Shown piece after piece: positions 1 to 13,400 of a stretch of 64,000 nucleotides of DNA (its first letter is position 1; each line of letters begins with the position of its first letter). The stretch lies in contig JAGIQG010000016.1 of assembly GCA_024679065.1 (NCBI GenBank), positions 13,330,001 to 13,394,000 of the forward strand, read 5' to 3'. Origin of the DNA: Sphyrna mokarran. Taxonomy: Eukaryota. Both the position numbers and the translations under genes were made by a program. Below the pieces are notes generated by a model that saw only the letters and a list, made by a program, of their open reading frames with translations, was not told where the DNA came from and made no database searches.

Positions 1-2400
1 CGTGAGAAAAAGAACATACTTCTTCAGAAAAAGGACCCCAATACTCTAGGGGTGGCTTTACAAAGACTCCATATAACTGCATCAAAATATCTGTGCTCCT
101 GCACTCGAAACCTCCCGCAATGAAGGAAAACATTTATTTTGCTTTCTTTAAAAGGTGCTGCACCTGCATGCTTAAATTCAATGAATTGTGCAGAAGGATA
201 TCAAGGCCTTGTTGCACATTCATCTGTTCTAATTTAGAACAATTCAGCTGGTGATCTGCCTTCTGTTTGTTTGCTTCCAAATTTGAAAAAAAATCTCACA
301 TTTATTCAAATTATATTGTACCAGCCATTGAATTGCTCACTCACCCATCTGTCCAGATCACACTGAAGGATCTTTGGATCCTTTCTCACATCCTCCTACC
401 CAAATTTGTGTCATCTGTAAACTTTGAGATCTTACCTTTTGTTCCCTCATCCAAATCATCAATGTATATCGTAAATAGCTGAGGTCCCACCACCGATCTT
501 CACTGCACCCCACTTGTTGCTGCGTGCCAATTTGAAAAATACCCATTAATTCCAACTCTTTTTTTCTTCTCTTCCAACCTGTTTCTATCTATTTTAATAT
601 GTTTCCCTCAATTCTATGTGGTTTAATCTAAGAGCATGATACGCTCTTACGCAAGACTTTGTGAAATGCTTTCTGAAAGTCATAATTGCTCGCCAATGTT
701 GTTGTTCTCATCTTCAAAAAATTCCAAGAAATTTGTCAACCATAATTTCCACCTCATAAGTTCATAATGACTCTGTCTAATCCTGTCATTGTTTTCTAAA
801 TGTTCTGCTCTAATCTATCATTGATTCTAGCATTTTCCCCGCTACCAATGTTAAACTTACTGGTCCATCATTTTATGTATTTTATCTACCTTCGTTTTTG
901 AACATTGAAGTGGCAGTAGAAATCCTCCAAGTGGCATGGACTGTTCCAATATCTGTAGAAACCTGGGGTTGACCATTGATGTGTGAGTTATTTCTGGAGC
1001 CCCAGTTCCTTATGTACTCTGAGAAGTGCATTATCATGCCTGGCTATTTATCCGCCTTTAATGTCATCAATTTCTCCAGCACCATTCCTCTACAAATATT
1101 GATCACACTTTGCTCTTTCACCTCACTAAATCTTATATTACCCACATACTGGTATTTCATTTGTGCCATTTTTTTGTGAAGATAGACCAAAAGTATATAT
1201 TCATTTGCTCAGCCATGTCTTTCTCTCCTATTAGACATTCCCCTGTTTCTGTTAGTGGATGTTGTATATTTGTCTTCACCAACCTCTTTTCTCCTCATTA
1301 CCTCAAGCTTACTGCCACTCTTTACGCTCCCTGCGAACTTCTGTATTGTAATCATATCCCTCCACACATTCCCCACTCACCCCACCCCCTTGGTACTTAA
1401 GCAACCCCTTCGTCTTTGTTTGCTGAATTCTACACTGCTCCTAATCCTCAAAACTATCTGTTTTTCTCTCTTGACCAGCCTGTTGGCATCGTCCTTAGAT
1501 TGGATAATCTCTCTAATTTCCTTTGGAATCCATGAATTGGTCCTCTTACCCATTTTGCTTTTGGACAGGAACAAACAGTTTCTGCAGTTCACCCACATGT
1601 TCCTTGAATGTTTGTCATTGCCTATTCACTGTTATCCCTTTAAATTGCTTTCCACAATCTGTCAAGCCAATGCACGGCTCAGATTCTCATAGTTTCCTTT
1701 ATGAGGATTCAACACCCTAGTCTCTGAATCAACTACTTCACTCTTCATCTTTACAAAACATTCTATTGTATTATGTTTGCACATTCCCAAGGGATCTGGT
1801 ACAGCTAGATTGGCAATGATTCCCTTCGTATTACGCATTGCCCAATCTAAGGTATCTCGATGTCTCGTTGATTTTTCAACATATTGGTCAAGGAAGCCAT
1901 CCCGTAAAAATTCCATGAATTCCTCCTCTAAGGCATTGTGGTTAATTTTATTTGCTGAAGCTATGTACAGATTAAATCACGCATGATCACAGAGATCCCT
2001 TTGTCTCAAGAATATTCATGTTCGTATCTAATGTCATTCCCAACACCACCACTGCAGTTTGAGGGTCCATATATGATAATCACTAATGATTTTGCCCTTG
2101 ATATTTCATAACTCGACTCATACAGACTCCACTTTGCCAGAGCTAATAACCTCTCTCATTATTGTATTAATTTTCTCTTTAACCAGATGTGCCACTCCAC
2201 CAATTTTTCGGTAATGTCTGACCTTCATCAATATTGAATACAGTGTAACATCCCATCACCACCATGCTCACCCTGCAGTCATGCCTGCATGATCACAATT
2301 ATATCGTGCCTACTTACATCTATCTGCACTATTAGTTGAAACCGTCTATTGCAAATGTTCTGCATATTAATGCACAGGATCTTTAGGCGTAGATTTTAAT
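1..2400 (-). mobile_element. Degenerate CR1-clade LINE ORF2 (endonuclease to RT), frameshifted and internally deleted
   Basis: Minus-strand peptides LKILCINMQNI (APE N-terminus, ~2380), EFLRDGFLDQYV, and [11 protein letters not shown]...SKFTDDT-like RT motif near 400-480. Confidence 0.85.
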
Positions 2401-2469
2401 CATTGTTTGCCTTATTCACAATACTTCATATCTATAAGGACGTTGTTCTTGGTTTCCCTGTCTATCCCT

Positions 2470-2855
2470 TTGCAAGACTTGCCGGATCATGAACATGGAT
2501 GACATCATTTCACGTGAGAATACCATTAACCAGGTACACGGCACATACTCTTGCAACTTGCCTAACGTTGTCTATCAAATACGTTGCAAGAAATGATGTG
2601 CCGAAGCATCGTACTTTGGGGAGACCATGCAGACACTACGACAGCGGATGAATGAACATCGCTCGACAATCATCAGGCAAGACTGTTCCCTTCCTGGTTT
2701 CGGGCATTCGGCCTCCGACCTTCGGGTAAGCATTCTCCAAGTTGGTCTTCATGGCGCACGACAGCGAAGAGTCGCTGAGAAGAGGCTGACAGCCAAGTTC
2801 CGCACATATGAGGATGGTCTTAACAGGGATCTTGGGTTCATGTCATACTATTTGT
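2470..2855 (+). mobile_element. Penelope-like element, GIY-YIG endonuclease C-terminal fragment
   Basis: NVVYQIRC...YFGETMQTLRQRMNEH...DGLNRD peptide. Confidence 0.8.
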
Positions 2856-3310
2856 AACAAAGAACAAAGAACAAAGAGCAAAGAACAAAGAACAAAGAGC
2901 AACACAGCACGGCAAACAGGCCCTTCGGCCCAACGAGCCCGCGCCGCCATCCTAACGTCTTAATGACATATAGGGACCAATATAAGGCCTTAGGGTGAGG
3001 GGGGCTATGTATAAGACGAATATTAGAGGGCAGTTTTTCACACAAGGGGTAGTGGGGGTGTGGAATGCACGACCGAGTAAGATGGTGAGAGCAGGCGTTC
3101 TATCCATTTCTAATGGTGGAAAAAGCTTACCACCATTTACTCTATCTATACCCCTCATAATCTTATATACCTCTAATAGATCCCCTCTCAACCGACGTCT
3201 TTCAAGGGAAAACAACCCCAGTGTGTTCAATCTTTCCTCGTAAGACAGACCTTCCATCCCAGGCAGCATCCTGGTAAATCTCCTCTGCACTCTCTCCAGG
3301 GCCTCCACAT
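2856..3310 (-). mobile_element. CR1/HE1-type 3' fragment inserted into the Penelope element, with inverted internal segment
   Basis: (AAAGAAC)n tail; minus-strand VEALERVQRRFTRMLPG...; plus-strand RGAMYKTNIRGQFFTQ at ~2990-3097. Confidence 0.85.
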
Positions 3311-3615
3311 GACTTGCCTGGGTTTGCAAGACCTCACTTACTGTACTGTCTGGAGACAATACATATCTCCTTAACCTGTGCTCAGTGCTCCTTCCACTCA
3401 CATTGTTAGCCACTTTAAGACTTGAATAGCAGGTTAGGTGTGAAGATTTACATTCTAATCAGTAATCTGTAAACTGTCTGTGCTATTATATGTGCTGTTT
3501 GAGACCAGAAAACCTCATTCACCTGACGAAGAGGGGGACCTCGAAACCTTGTGAGTTGACTATCAAATAAATCGGCTGGACATAAACCTGGTGTTGTCAG
3601 ACTTCTTGCTGTGTT
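3311..3615 (+). mobile_element. Penelope-like 3' region/pseudo-LTR with hammerhead-like motif
   Basis: CTGACGA-GAGG/CCTC stem-GAAA at 3523-3546 followed by aataaa...cctggtgttgtcaga, similar to 29640-29680. Confidence 0.7.
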
Positions 3616-4378
3616 TACGTGTGAAAAGCAATGAGGCCATTCATTTTTTAGGTTATTATTCCACTGTACTTCAAATGAGTGAATGGTTTGTTGAGGGTGG
3701 TTTTATAACCTGAATACTGCTGAGCTTGGCACATTTCATGCGGCTTTGAGAAGAAAATTTACAATTAACTGAACTAAAGCACAATCTTTGCAATCAGTGT
3801 TCTGATTTTAGCAAGACTAACTAACTTCATATAAGATATAGCACATTTCCTGCTAGGTATTCATCAAATTCATTGCAAGCCCTATGGAAATTAAAGATCA
3901 TTTGAAATAAAAGGACCACGTCCTAGTTGTGTCATGTTTAGCAGTATCAAGTGTGACGTTTCTCGCAATAATGTTGTGAAATCTATTAAAATGGAATATC
4001 AGCTAATTATTCGTGAACCTCAGTGTTTCATTCCTCATTATAAACCACATAATAACTTCGAGTTATTTCTCATAGATTCTGTCCAATTGTGCATCACCAG
4101 TTCATAGCTCCTGAAAGTCCTAGTTGGTGGATTTATAGCCATGAAATATTCAGTTTTGGCACAAAGCATTTCTATTAAATGAGGCTCTTTGTCATGCATT
4201 CCGAAACAAAATTTGGGCTGTTATTTAAATTGAATTGTTATTTGCAAGCTTAACTGATAAGATAGTTTGGGTGTGTCTCATTATTTCAAAGTTTTATTGT
4301 TTTCCCAAATGTGCCACGTTAAACCATTTTGATCGTTTTTAACGGAAATGTTTATAATCATCATTTTATTGATTTCAG

Positions 4379-4414
4379 AGCTTTCCACGTGCAAAACTGC
4401 ATTGAAGAAGCTCG
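4379..4414 (+). CDS. 36-nt microexon, (E)LSTCKTALKKL
   Basis: ttttattgatttcag|AGCTTTCC...AAGCTCG|gtgaga. Confidence 0.88.
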
Positions 4415-7400
4415 GTGAGAAACTAGAGGTTTTTACAAAGAAAAATGAAACAGCCAAATAGTGACCAAGCATCACACCTGGGCAAAAAACAAAATAAGTT
4501 GTGTGACATTCTACTGACCATCCTTTTTTTTCCGAAGGGACCTTGTTTTGTGTTTGCATTCAATTATACTCAATTAACTATTGCAAAGTATAAAATATGC
4601 ATTTAGGGCAATATCAGCCATTCATCTCCTGCATCATCCATTTAATCGCAAGAGCATAACATTGAATCTCGTGACGCATCAATGAATTTGCCAGTGACAA
4701 CCTCAATGCCCTCCATTCAATTGTCTAAAATTGCATTTGTCAGCAATTGCATCTGTTTTGTGGACTGATATTCTGATCGCGAAATTGAGGAGATAAATAA
4801 CAACAGCATTTTTTGTTTTCGTCTTACAGAAGAAAAGCTGCAAGTGACGTCAAAAGGTGTTACGTTTTGCAATGCAACTGCGACATATCAAAAGTGTCTC
4901 TATTAGAATGGTTTTCATTCAACTGAGCCCGCAGGTTCGACTGCATTCACGGTATTATTAATTTTGTCTTAAAGCTGACGTCATTTACATGTTGGCAACT
5001 AACGAATGAATGACATTCAATTTTAATCATGATTCAAAAACTGATGTAAACATTTGTGAATATGCAGCTGACGGGCAATGAAACGGTACTTTTAGCTTTC
5101 CATATTTATAAAATTATGAACAGTTCGCTTCAATTGGATTGTCAAAATGCATTATGAGTTGCTGCAAAATGACGATCTTGGAAAGACACATCTCTTTTTT
5201 GCAAAAAAAGTTGCTTTTTCAATGATAATAAAATGATATTTGCTGATTTTGTGCTTCCTTAAAGTGAGCATTGTTATCCATTAATTTATAATCAGTAAGC
5301 TTACTAGGCAGATATTGTAAACATTTGATCACTTGTCTATGAAATGATTTCCAAATCATAAAAGCGGAGATATAATGAAGGAAATGGTTATCATATCAGG
5401 AGGAGCAACTACGTATTTGAAGTCTTAATCTCTTTATTGATCAGCATACCTTCTCTGATGCATTAACAAACACAATTTCCCGAAACATCATCAATATAAC
5501 GGGGATTGCTCGCAGCATGTGCACATGCGAGAATCTGTATTTGGTAGGTTGGCAATAATTGATATGGACTGTTTTCTTCTTATAGAAACAGATGATGTTC
5601 CCGGCACGACTGGCGATTCAGGTTTGCAGGAATAGTATGATGCTCGGTTTGAACGTTTTATTTTATTTTGCAGCTAATAAGACATCGTGGAGTAGAATAA
5701 TAATGAGACATTATAAACCACTGTCCGTTCAATGAAAATTAGTGGCTTTAGGATTTTGTCAAATGGCTGAAAAAGAATACGAAGGCAGTTAATTTGTTAA
5801 TTAGTATTCTGTTAAAAAATTAATTCGACCTTACCTGGTTAAATGCAGAGGCCATAATTGGGACCTGTTTGTGGCTGTTATGTCAATTGGATATTTCACT
5901 TTTACTAACGGATACATATGCAAGCTAAAAGCTGATTTTAACAGATCTGAGAACATTGTGGGTAGTAATTGATCACGGAACGTGCATCTCCGCAGTCTTC
6001 CCTTCAACAATTATAAACTCATTGATACATATATCTCAGCTAAATATAGTGTCTGTACTTCAGGTGTTTTGGAAATGTATGTATGAAAGTCAAATGGCTT
6101 CAGTGACACAACAACTTAAACCGCGACATTTCGGAGAAATGTACAGGAAGAATCATATCGATTTTAGATAATGTGAATGTAATTCACGAACATCAGTAGA
6201 AAAGCGCATTCTTATTGTAGTTATACAAAGCAATTCCTTGATCATTTTATTAATTCAGTGCTTCTTTCCCTAAATGGAATCAGTTGTACAATTTAAAAAT
6301 AATAATGCGGGGTAGGCGGCTGTACAGTGTTTTTTTTTCAGTTGACAATCGAAAGGCAGAGGATAATGCAGTGTGGGCATGTATTCGAAGCAAAGACAGG
6401 TGCTGAAAAATGATCCATATAATTTGGAATGATTTGAAATTATGAAATCAAAGTAATTATAAAATTGTTTTAAAAGCGGATCTGTTTCATGAATGCGCTT
6501 CAGGCCAAATACTAGTTCTTTACCCTAAGTTCGTTATACATTACCTTAAACCGACAGCAAGGTTATTGACTTTTCACTTGCTCACTAAAATTAGTCGTTG
6601 CCATTTTTTCAAGAGAAAAGATGAGTGGGCAATAAATACGAACGCACGCAATGAAAGCCTAAATGTTCTCGATGACAAATGGTATCCTATGTGCTCAAAT
6701 CCTGAAGACAATAATTTCCGAGAAAATAGTTTATACATTCTGGTTTCGGAAAATAATCGTCGCACACAATTATGCCGCTGCGTTAATCTGCGGATACAGT
6801 TGCCTGATCGGCAAGGAATGAATTGATTGCATTCATTTCTTGGGAGGGGATACTTTGTACCCTTTACCGTTGAGACAAATATGGCTGTAGCAGATCAGAG
6901 CGTACACCGTGTTGAGGACTTTTTTTTTCAATAGTTTGCCTTTTAACATGGATGCACATTTTCAGCTCCATCTGTAAACCAAGACGTCTGGGCCCTTTGC
7001 AAAGCTTACACTGTCCTGGCTCCTCAATTGTGCATTAGGTGAGAGTTCCATTTCCGCTTTGCAAGATTTCCATTCTTTACCGGGATATGAGTCATTGGTT
7101 CCGACTACGTTCGTTGAACAACCAGATTTCTGTTGAGATGGGTGTCATGCTGTTCAAATTTAGATCGACTTTTAAAGACCTACGCATTGTGTGGGTTGGC
7201 GAGAGCCTGCCACCCAGCCGATTCAGAATGTCTGATTGTCTTCACGTTGTCACTCACGTTGACGATTATTTACCGCTAGTCATTATGGTTTCCTTGGTCA
7301 GCGAATCGGTCCTCTGATTAATTCAATACTTTTTTTATTAAGTTATTGTCTACAGCGATATTGACTTGGCCGCTGGGTTACGAATCGATACTACTGCTGA

Positions 7401-10400
7401 CCACGACTCCACCAGCCTCCCTGTAGAAACGATTTTTTGATGACATAAATTATGACGTTTTGATTTATTTTGTTCTGATGTCCCTTTTTAGTCCGAGGAA
7501 ATTCTAACCCTTTGATATTTCAGTCAATTGCCAAAATTGCATTTGATAGTCAAGTGACTTGAGCCAACTTCTTGAAAAAAAACATGGTAATGCAAATCCC
7601 AATGTCTTGTGCAAATTGTGGATGAAAGCACAATGCTACCAAGACTGTTACCTCAATAATCTGGGCATGCTAATAATGCAAACAGTTTCCTTTTTATTTA
7701 ACAGCGATGAAATCGTTATATGTACATGCTTCAACTCTCAGTTGAATGTAAAGCGTTTTTTTTTAGGAGAACCATACTTGTGTTCATTGAAATATCTTTC
7801 ACACTCTTTTACAGAATTGAAACTGAAATCAAAGGAGGCAGGTATGCTGTTGTGGATTGTTAATATACATAGTAAAATTAAGATAAAACTATTTTAATCC
7901 ACTTATAGCCCACAAAATGGTACCTATATATCTAGAGTCATAGAGCCATAGATGTTTACAGCATGGAAACAGGTCCTTCGTCCGAACTCGTCTGTACTTT
8001 TCTTTTAGAGAAGCTCCTACACTTAACTCAATTACACGAATTTGGCCCATACCCCTCGATACGCATTGCAACCATGCAACTACCTATTTTTCTTAAGACA
8101 GAATTGCACCTGTCTCTATGACAATATCTGGCAACTTGTTCCAGACACTCACCACTCCATCTGTGAAAAAAAATGTCACTCTGGATGTTTTTATACCTGT
8201 CATCTCTCACCCTAAACTTATGCCCTCTAGTTTTAGACTCCCCTACATTTGGAAAAATAATTTGATTGTCTAGCTGTTCTGTATCCCTCATTATTCCATA
8301 TACCTCTTTGAGAGCACCCCACAGCCTCCTACATTTCAGAGAAAAATGTCCAAGTCTATCAGGCTATCCTTATATCTCAATCCATCAAGTCACAGTAGCA
8401 TCCCTACTTTTCTGCACTTTTTGTAGTTTAATAATATCTATTCTATCATAGGGGGACCAAAACTGCACATAGTATTGCAAGTGTGGCCTCACCGATGTCT
8501 AGTATAACTTCAACAAGACATTGAACTTTTGAACTCAATGTTCTGACCAATGAAACCAAATATGCCGAATGTCATCTTCACCACTTTGTTCACTTTGGCT
8601 CAACTTTCAAGAAACTATGAACATGGACCCATACATCTCTTTGCTTTGTAACTCTCCCCAGCGCTCGACCATGAATTGAGTAAGTCCTGCCCTGTTCTGC
8701 GTGTAAGCGAAAGACGGCTGCAGTAGCGATTGAACATATTTCCAGTCTTTATATGGACCGTAGCGTGAACTTTATTTTTGTAAGATTGTTAAGTTATGAC
8801 AGTGGTTTATCTATCAGATTGTTTTTTTTTTTTTGGTGAGCAAACTGACAGATAAATATATTGCGCGTTGCTATGGCGCATTTGGGTATTATTCATACCG
8901 GATTACGGCAGACCAAATTGTTTCCCGAATTTGTGGGGACATTTCCAAAACTTCGTTTTGAATGAGGAAAGGTGGGTCCCACACTCTTTTACAAACGGAG
9001 CATGCTATTTTTTTCTTAATTATAGCCGAGAATCAACTTCATTTTCTCCGAGTCAGTATTATTTTACCCACAATTGCACTCTAGACAACATTAAATGCAA
9101 TAATTTACTTTTCACTCAATCAGTAGCAATTGTGAAATACAAGCGCGGCCCATTTGTTTAGACATTGTCAACTATATTTTGCGTGTAATTCTAGATGTTT
9201 TTTCGCAGTATCGATTGTGAGGAAATGCGGAATCCAGATCCTATATTAAACAGGTCACGACAACCTTCCATAATTTATAATTTATGATTAACTTGGTTGT
9301 CTCTGAGCCAGTGGACACCATCGTTTCACCCTCAGTTGCACACTTGGCAAAACTAAATGTGATTTTGTTTTCACTCATTCAGCCTCAGTTGCAAGAGTAC
9401 ACGTGCGGACCAATTGTTTAATTATTTTTAACTCTGTTTTGTGTGTAACGTTAAATTTTTGCTTTTAGTATTTTACCTATCGTAGCTACTGGCTCTAAAT
9501 CGTCCTTGGATAACCACATTACAGCAAAACCGATATTGTTCTTCAGGTTGGCTAATACCACCTGTTCCCAAGTAAAACAGATACACAAATAAGGATAGAA
9601 AAGTTGTCCATCCATGTTGCAATGAACAAGAGTTTTTTTTCTCCCCACTCCCCCCAACGGATAACTTACCAAACGTAAAGGTGAATTAAGTGATCTCGGT
9701 AAGGGATTCCGATCTACATAGTAAAATAACCGGCAGAATTTTCCGCTGAATATATTTTACGTTGAACTGCTTCCGTATTCGGATGTGGCGAAGCAAACAA
9801 TTCATGTTTAATTTATTCCCTGTCTGCGATTGTGCAACGGTTATCCGGTACCGGTTTGTTGTGGAAATTCTCGGCGTTTACAACTGCATGTGCAAAATGG
9901 CAAGGACATCATACGTGGCTAGTTTTTGAAATTAATTTACTTGACATGGGCGTCACAGGCAAGACGAGTATTCATTACCTGGATAATCCACATTAGCCCA
10001 ATAACACTGACTACGATTTATGCTGTAATATAGAGCAAAATACTCCCAATTAAATAATTATGATTAATTTTCGCAAAACAATAATGAGGAAAGGGACAAA
10101 GTAAAATTGGTATGATGTTGCACTTTTAAGTTGGACAATATGTGATCGGCTATGAGCTCGCTGTCCGTCACTTTTGACGGCATAATTTGGACCCGCCGAT
10201 AAAGATTTTAAAAAGTGTTTTTTTTTCGGCTTTGAACTGCGACATTGAACAGGAGAATGAACTGCACAAATGGGATTTCTCCTTCCCCTTTTGCGATGCG
10301 CTATTGCTATATGGAATGTTGACGTGTCGGCATTGTTTGTTATTTACGTCGTCGTCTGTTTATTTCCTATTTCTCCAATTTGGGAAAGTTTAACTGTGTC

Positions 10401-13400
10401 TCCAGGATGGAAAAATTATTTTCGTTCTGAAAACTGGAATTGCATCATAAATTAAAATTGCGTGTTCAGGCACGTTGAAGTCTCTTCTGAGTATCAGTTC
10501 TCATCTGGTAATTGAAAAGACTCTCAAATAAGCTAATGATGTTTTGGAATGATTACTTAGCCCCCTAACGTACATGTTTGCACTTTAACGGAAGGAAAAG
10601 TTAAATCACAAAACGAGGGTAATTGTTATTATTTATTCGCTGAAAAAAATAAGCAAAACTTCTAATGACTTGAAGGGAAAATCATTATATGCGATATTAG
10701 AGGGAGAAGGGTTGCAGAAGCAATTGCCATTTTCTTTTGTTTTTCGTTTTTGTGGTGGGATGACGGGAGCTTGCCTATTTTAAGTCTTAAGTGCAGTAAA
10801 ATACCCTGTACTTCAGGTTGACATTCTTGCGCACTAAGTAATATGTGCATGGCTCCACTGGGAAATTTTTGACGCAGGTAGTCTACAATGGCTAAATTGG
10901 CGATTTTGTCCACCCTTATTCAGATGGTGATGTGTTGACCTTGGAACGAACTTTCCTGAAAAAAAAGGATAATGTTGGATGGCTTTATATGCCAGTGTTC
11001 TGATTCCTTACTGCTGCGAATTTAATGAAGTTTTTGGTTGCCATAATAAACTGTTTGTCCTTATACATTTTCCTGAACATGTTCTAAGGCCATGATAGTG
11101 AGGAGCATCAAGCCATTTCTGTTTCAATTTAATGCCTCAGCTTTCCTAAGTCATGACTAAAAATTTGCTTAAACCAGGCTTTAATCTGTTAATTTATCTT
11201 GAGTTAAAAAAAAAGATAAGGAAATAAAGACAATTCAAACTTCCGGGCCTACTACCAAATTTTGATCTTACCCTCTTGCTTACTCATCGCTGCAATTTGC
11301 ATTTTTTAAAATATATATTTGAGCTGCTAACACTCAAGTGATTCTAAAGCTTATCACTGCTTGAATCAATGTTTTGAAGCTCGTAAGAAGTAGACGCAAA
11401 TGCATCTTAACATGACCAGCTTTCAAATGCTTCGCATTTACTTGGATACATGTTGTAGTGATAAGTAAATGTAACTGATGTTTCATTGACGATGTGTTCA
11501 ATTAGAATTCTGATCTATTTTCCACCAATGGTAGCCCTCACTTAAGTTCTCCCGGTGATTCATTCAGCTGCAAATAGTCTAGTCACTGTAATTGCCGGGT
11601 GAAATAAACTATTTCAGAATTTGTCATGCTTCTGAACTGACACATTGTTTTGTTTCCTGAAATTCTCCAAATTTACTTATCTCATTTCTGCATTGTTCTA
11701 TGTGGAGGAATGTACATCTTACTATGCCCTGAATAATTGCCCAGTCGAAGCGCTTCGAAAGACTTTAAATACATCAACATATCAATACACCTCAGGCTGT
11801 TTTGAATTTAATTGCTCAAAACATGCCGTCCATCATTCTAGAAAATATCACATGCAAGAAAGCTTCGGAAGATTTCGGTGAGACAATATACTCGCTCATT
11901 GAACAAAACCATTATGTACGGACTTAATGTGGTAGAGAATGTAAGCGATATCGAACTAATCAAACCTTGACAACGTAAAATTTGTTTCGCAATAATCGCA
12001 CAATTCGAAATATTTCCACGCTCATGCGAGAAAACATACTCTGCATTTTGTCTGTCTTGAACATTATCACTGTTATCACTGTTTATCACTTAATAATGAT
12101 CGTATTGCAGAATACAAGTTGAATGACAAGCACAAAGATATTATGATTTATAATTGATAAAATTTTAACGTATTAACATAAGTGTTAGCACAAAAATTGC
12201 CCGATGAAAGATACCAATTCTAATATAGAACATAGAACATTCTAATATGAATGCCATTTCGCTCTTGTTTGTTCTTTGTATCGACTTTATATGTAGTCGA
12301 TATGGATTTTTTTTTTGAAAATCAGAGGGCGGCATTCGTGTATCGAGTCAAAATAAATGTTGCCTCTGGCGTCATATGCCAAATCTTTGTGTTTGCTTTT
12401 ATTCTGCAGTTTTTAGTGTCACGGAGAACCGTGCGCAGAATTCATTCGATGATAATCAGATGCGTTTTGGCACTATTATGCTTCAGACATTGAATGACGT
12501 ACTGAATGAAAAAAAAGTTGTATGATTTATTTCCATTACATGTTTTCAGCACAATTTAATGACGAATATTGTTCTGCGGTTCCTCATTAAACAGCAATAG
12601 GGTTGGTTCGTTGTAAATTTGAGTCTCTTGACTTTATGTAGTAACACATAAAGTACCATTCAGAACTGGCCAACACCAAGAAAGCCATTGAAGAGGAAGG
12701 CCAGATTAGCGCTGGCGTTGCGGTGTGGGAAATTATTATTTGCATATATTGAAAACTTCGTGGTGTATTCGAAAATGGGCTTATGAGGCAAGATTCTTGA
12801 TTAGTTTTCTAACAGATTCGTGCGCTGAAAATAGCGAAATTGAAATCAATTTGTCCAAAAATATCTTGGGCAATAGTATTTTGAGTTGGAACACAATTTG
12901 ATTAATCCAACAGAGTTACTTGGCTGGCATTGCATTGCATTGGTTAAATTATCCGAATCGATTTGGCAAATAATATATGGGAAAACAAAATGTTGGTCTT
13001 AACGTATATGAGGAATGTTAGCGTGGCTAAGAGTTCTGCAGTGAATGGGTTCTCGTTTCTTTCTGCATTATTGACTGTTTTTTAAAGGAAACTATCTGAT
13101 GTTAATTATTGCTTTCCAATGTTAATTCGCATGCTGAATTCCACGAAATGCAAAATTATGAATAGAAGTACCCAGAAAAGTCACATTTTACGAAGAAAGG
13201 ACAGATCGCACATGAATATAATTCTAGAAGTGCATGACATCCTTCTTAAAGTCGTTCCAACGAATATTTCGACTGCAACCAGCTTCAGTTGAGAGAATGG
13301 ATGCGATAGAATTTAGTGTTTTTTTTAGTTTCATACAAGTCAAATAGTTAACGTGTTCCTCACAATTAATTCGTCCAAACACGATGTGATCGCACATTCG

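Noticed and set aside
3652-3678. 27-nt AG..GT unit (xYYSTVLQM) just before the first 36-nt exon
   Set aside because: Right size and open frame, but no E/K/L consensus and a weak donor (A|gtgaat); unresolved without RNA data
12138-12663. AT-AC minor-spliceosome intron explanation for the AT donor
   Set aside because: Lacks ATATCCTT consensus and the downstream acceptor is AG
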